A stretch of DNA of 64,000 bases from an uncultured Gemmatimonadales bacterium. GTDB lineage: Bacteria; Gemmatimonadota; Gemmatimonadetes; Gemmatimonadales; Gemmatimonadaceae. The notes under the pieces were generated by a model, which searched no databases, had not been told where the DNA came from, and saw only the letters and a program-made list of their open reading frames with translations. Both the position numbers and the translations under genes were made by a program. Position 1 is the first letter of the stretch, and every line of letters begins with the position of its first letter. This document shows positions 62,358 through 64,000 of this stretch, one piece after another. Location: positions 480,001 through 544,000 of the forward strand of contig CAWBZV010000002.1 of the NCBI GenBank assembly GCA_963793305.1. The letters run 5' to 3'.

Positions 62358-62519
62358 ATGGACGACAAGAAGCTTCTCGCGCTGGCGAAGAAAAACGCGG
62401 CGAAGGCGCAGCCGAAGAAGCCAGCTGTCCCGAAGTACGACTCGACGCTTCCGCCGGAGCCAGAGGGCGCCGAGGACGTCAAGCGCTTTTTCAAGGAAAT
62501 GAAGAAACGGGATTTTTAA
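62358..62519 (+). CDS. Small basic protein (53 aa)
   Basis: AGGAG RBS; MDDKKLLALAKKNAAKAQPKKPAVPKYDSTLPPEPEGAEDVKRFFKEMKKRDF. Confidence 0.65.
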   Translation: MDDKKLLALAKKNAAKAQPKKPAVPKYDSTLPPEPEGAEDVKRFFKEMKKRDF

Positions 62520-62520
62520 C

Positions 62521-63294
62521 ATGCCCCCTGCGCGCGTGATGCGCTGGGCATCGGTGCTGAGCGCCGCCGTGATCGTATCGGCGTGGCGCCCGCTCACGAT
62601 TCCGACGGGGGCAGAGATCGTGCGGTCGATGCACGACAAGTACGCCGGCAAGTGGTTCAAGACGTTGACGTTCGTTCAACAAACCACGCGGCCTACGAAA
62701 GACGGCAAGGACACGGTCCAAACCTGGTACGAGAGCGCGTCGCTCCCAGGTCGCCTTCGTATCGATGTCGGCAAGCCGTCCGAGGGCAATGGTGTCCTCT
62801 ACCGGAACGACTCGACGTACCAGATAACGGCCGGTTCGCTCGACAAAGCCGCGGCGGGCGGTAACCCACTGCTCCCACTGCTGTTCGACGTCTACGTCGT
62901 GCCAGTTCACCAGACGATCGCCGACGTCCAGAACACTCTCAAGATCGACCTCTCCAAGGTCCGACAATCCACCTTCGATGGCCGTCCGGTCTACGTCATT
63001 GGCGCCGATTCGGGCAACGAGCACGCGCCTCAAGTCTGGATCGACACCGAGCGCCTCGTCGTGCTCCGCCAGATCTTCGCGTTCGGCAGCGACTCGAACG
63101 CCACCTACATCGACGGCCAGCTCAAGCAATACCGCCCGATCGGCAAGAGCTGGATCGCGCCGCGGTGCGAGTTCTACATCGCCGGCAAGCTGTTGCAGCG
63201 CGAGGACTACTCAGAGATCAAGGCCGACGTGCCACTGAGCGAGGCCCTGTTCGATCCGGCCCAGTGGAAGACCGCGCCGCACTGGTTACATTAG
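62521..63294 (+). CDS. Secreted hypothetical protein (possible LolA-like fold)
   Basis: Signal peptide; PGRLRID, VWIDTERL, LFDP. Confidence 0.65.
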   Translation: MPPARVMRWASVLSAAVIVSAWRPLTIPTGAEIVRSMHDKYAGKWFKTLTFVQQTTRPTKDGKDTVQTWYESASLPGRLRIDVGKPSEGNGVLYRNDSTYQITAGSLDKAAAGGNPLLPLLFDVYVVPVHQTIADVQNTLKIDLSKVRQSTFDGRPVYVIGADSGNEHAPQVWIDTERLVVLRQIFAFGSDSNATYIDGQLKQYRPIGKSWIAPRCEFYIAGKLLQREDYSEIKADVPLSEALFDPAQWKTAPHWLH

Positions 63295-63303
63295 GGTAAC
63301 GTC

Positions 63304-63376
<73 letters not shown>

Positions 63377-63381
63377 TGTGA

Positions 63382-63417
63382 AAAAGACGCCGGGACCTTC
63401 GGGTCCCGGCGTCTTTT
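63382..63417. terminator. Bidirectional intrinsic terminator
   Basis: AAAAGACGCCGGGACC-TTCG-GGTCCCGGCGTCTTTT perfect hairpin between convergent genes. Confidence 0.9.
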
Positions 63418-63424
63418 GCCGTCG

Positions 63425-64000
63425 TCAGCGGTTCTTGCGCGGTGGTTGTTGGCGCGCTTTGAGTGTCTGGGTTTGTCTCGCGTGCTTCGCCGCCAAAGCC
63501 TGGGTCTGTTGTTGATGGCGCTGCTCCAGTTGCTGAACTTTCGCGGGGGCAGCGTTCTGTTGGGATAGCCGCTGGTGTTCTTGTTGCTGCCGCTGTTGAA
63601 GATCTTGCCGCTCTTGCGTCTGTTTCGCCGCGAGTTGGTCTTGCTCGCCCTTGTATCGCTGATCGAGGCCCGCGTCTCCCGTGTTGGGAGTCGCATGCTC
63701 GGTCCGCGGCAGATCATTTGGATGCACGGCCGCTCGCGACTGGGGGTTGGAGCGAGCGAGGCGGGCTCGATCGGTCTGTGCGGCGACCGGGCCAACATGT
63801 CTCGCTTGGGCGGCTGCCTCCTCGTCCGCCGTCGCGCGCTCGGTGATGCCGCCGCGACCCCCATTGTAGCTGACACGGGTCACGTTGTTGTTCACGATCG
63901 TCGTGCTGTTGTAGACGTTGTGAACGACCGTGACATTCACGTTGGTGACCGTGCGGTTATAGAAGAAGTGTCCGCCATCCCAGTGGCCTCCGTCATACCC
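63425..64000 (-). CDS. YXWGXW-repeat-type protein, C-terminal part
   Basis: GY.GGHWDGGHFFYNRTVTNVNVTVVHNVYN...VSYNGGRGG, Gln-rich tail. Confidence 0.7.
   Translation of the reverse strand, partial: GYDGGHWDGGHFFYNRTVTNVNVTVVHNVYNSTTIVNNNVTRVSYNGGRGGITERATADEEAAAQARHVGPVAAQTDRARLARSNPQSRAAVHPNDLPRTEHATPNTGDAGLDQRYKGEQDQLAAKQTQERQDLQQRQQQEHQRLSQQNAAPAKVQQLEQRHQQQTQALAAKHARQTQTLKARQQPPRKNR

Overview
GC-rich bacterial chromosomal window. Gene content and style (several Hanks kinases, Big_2 lipoproteins, D-S/T-rich secreted proteins) suggest Gemmatimonadota; this is inference. Left end (1-1700): a small, lower-GC accessory patch at the 3' end of tRNA-Ile, with a DUF2971-like gene, a RelE/ParE-type toxin-antitoxin pair and a HEPN-like fragment, followed by an orphan CI/Cro-like divergent HTH pair. 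Middle: signalling and housekeeping genes (omega-aminotransferase, REC-HD-GYP, kinase, MsrC, DUF72, MCP, heavy-metal RND efflux, APC permease-PP2C-kinase-glnA), then a ~16 kb operon FHA - kinase/RCC1 - Big2(20) - TPR - Big2(11) - TPR - Big2(9). Right part: efp with 7 tRNAs, tesA-ybbAP-like genes, S9 peptidase, PAS hybrid kinase, pheA, NMO, rpiB, ppa, mgtC, tRNA-Gly. Main sequence-level observation: 8 of the 10 frameshifts I found are the same +1 insertion in one motif (GAYGTC read as GAAYGTC), and four normally conserved Asp codons read AAT in a CAATG context. Both patterns most likely reflect DNA-modification-induced long-read errors that expose the host's methylation motifs; real recoding is a less likely alternative.
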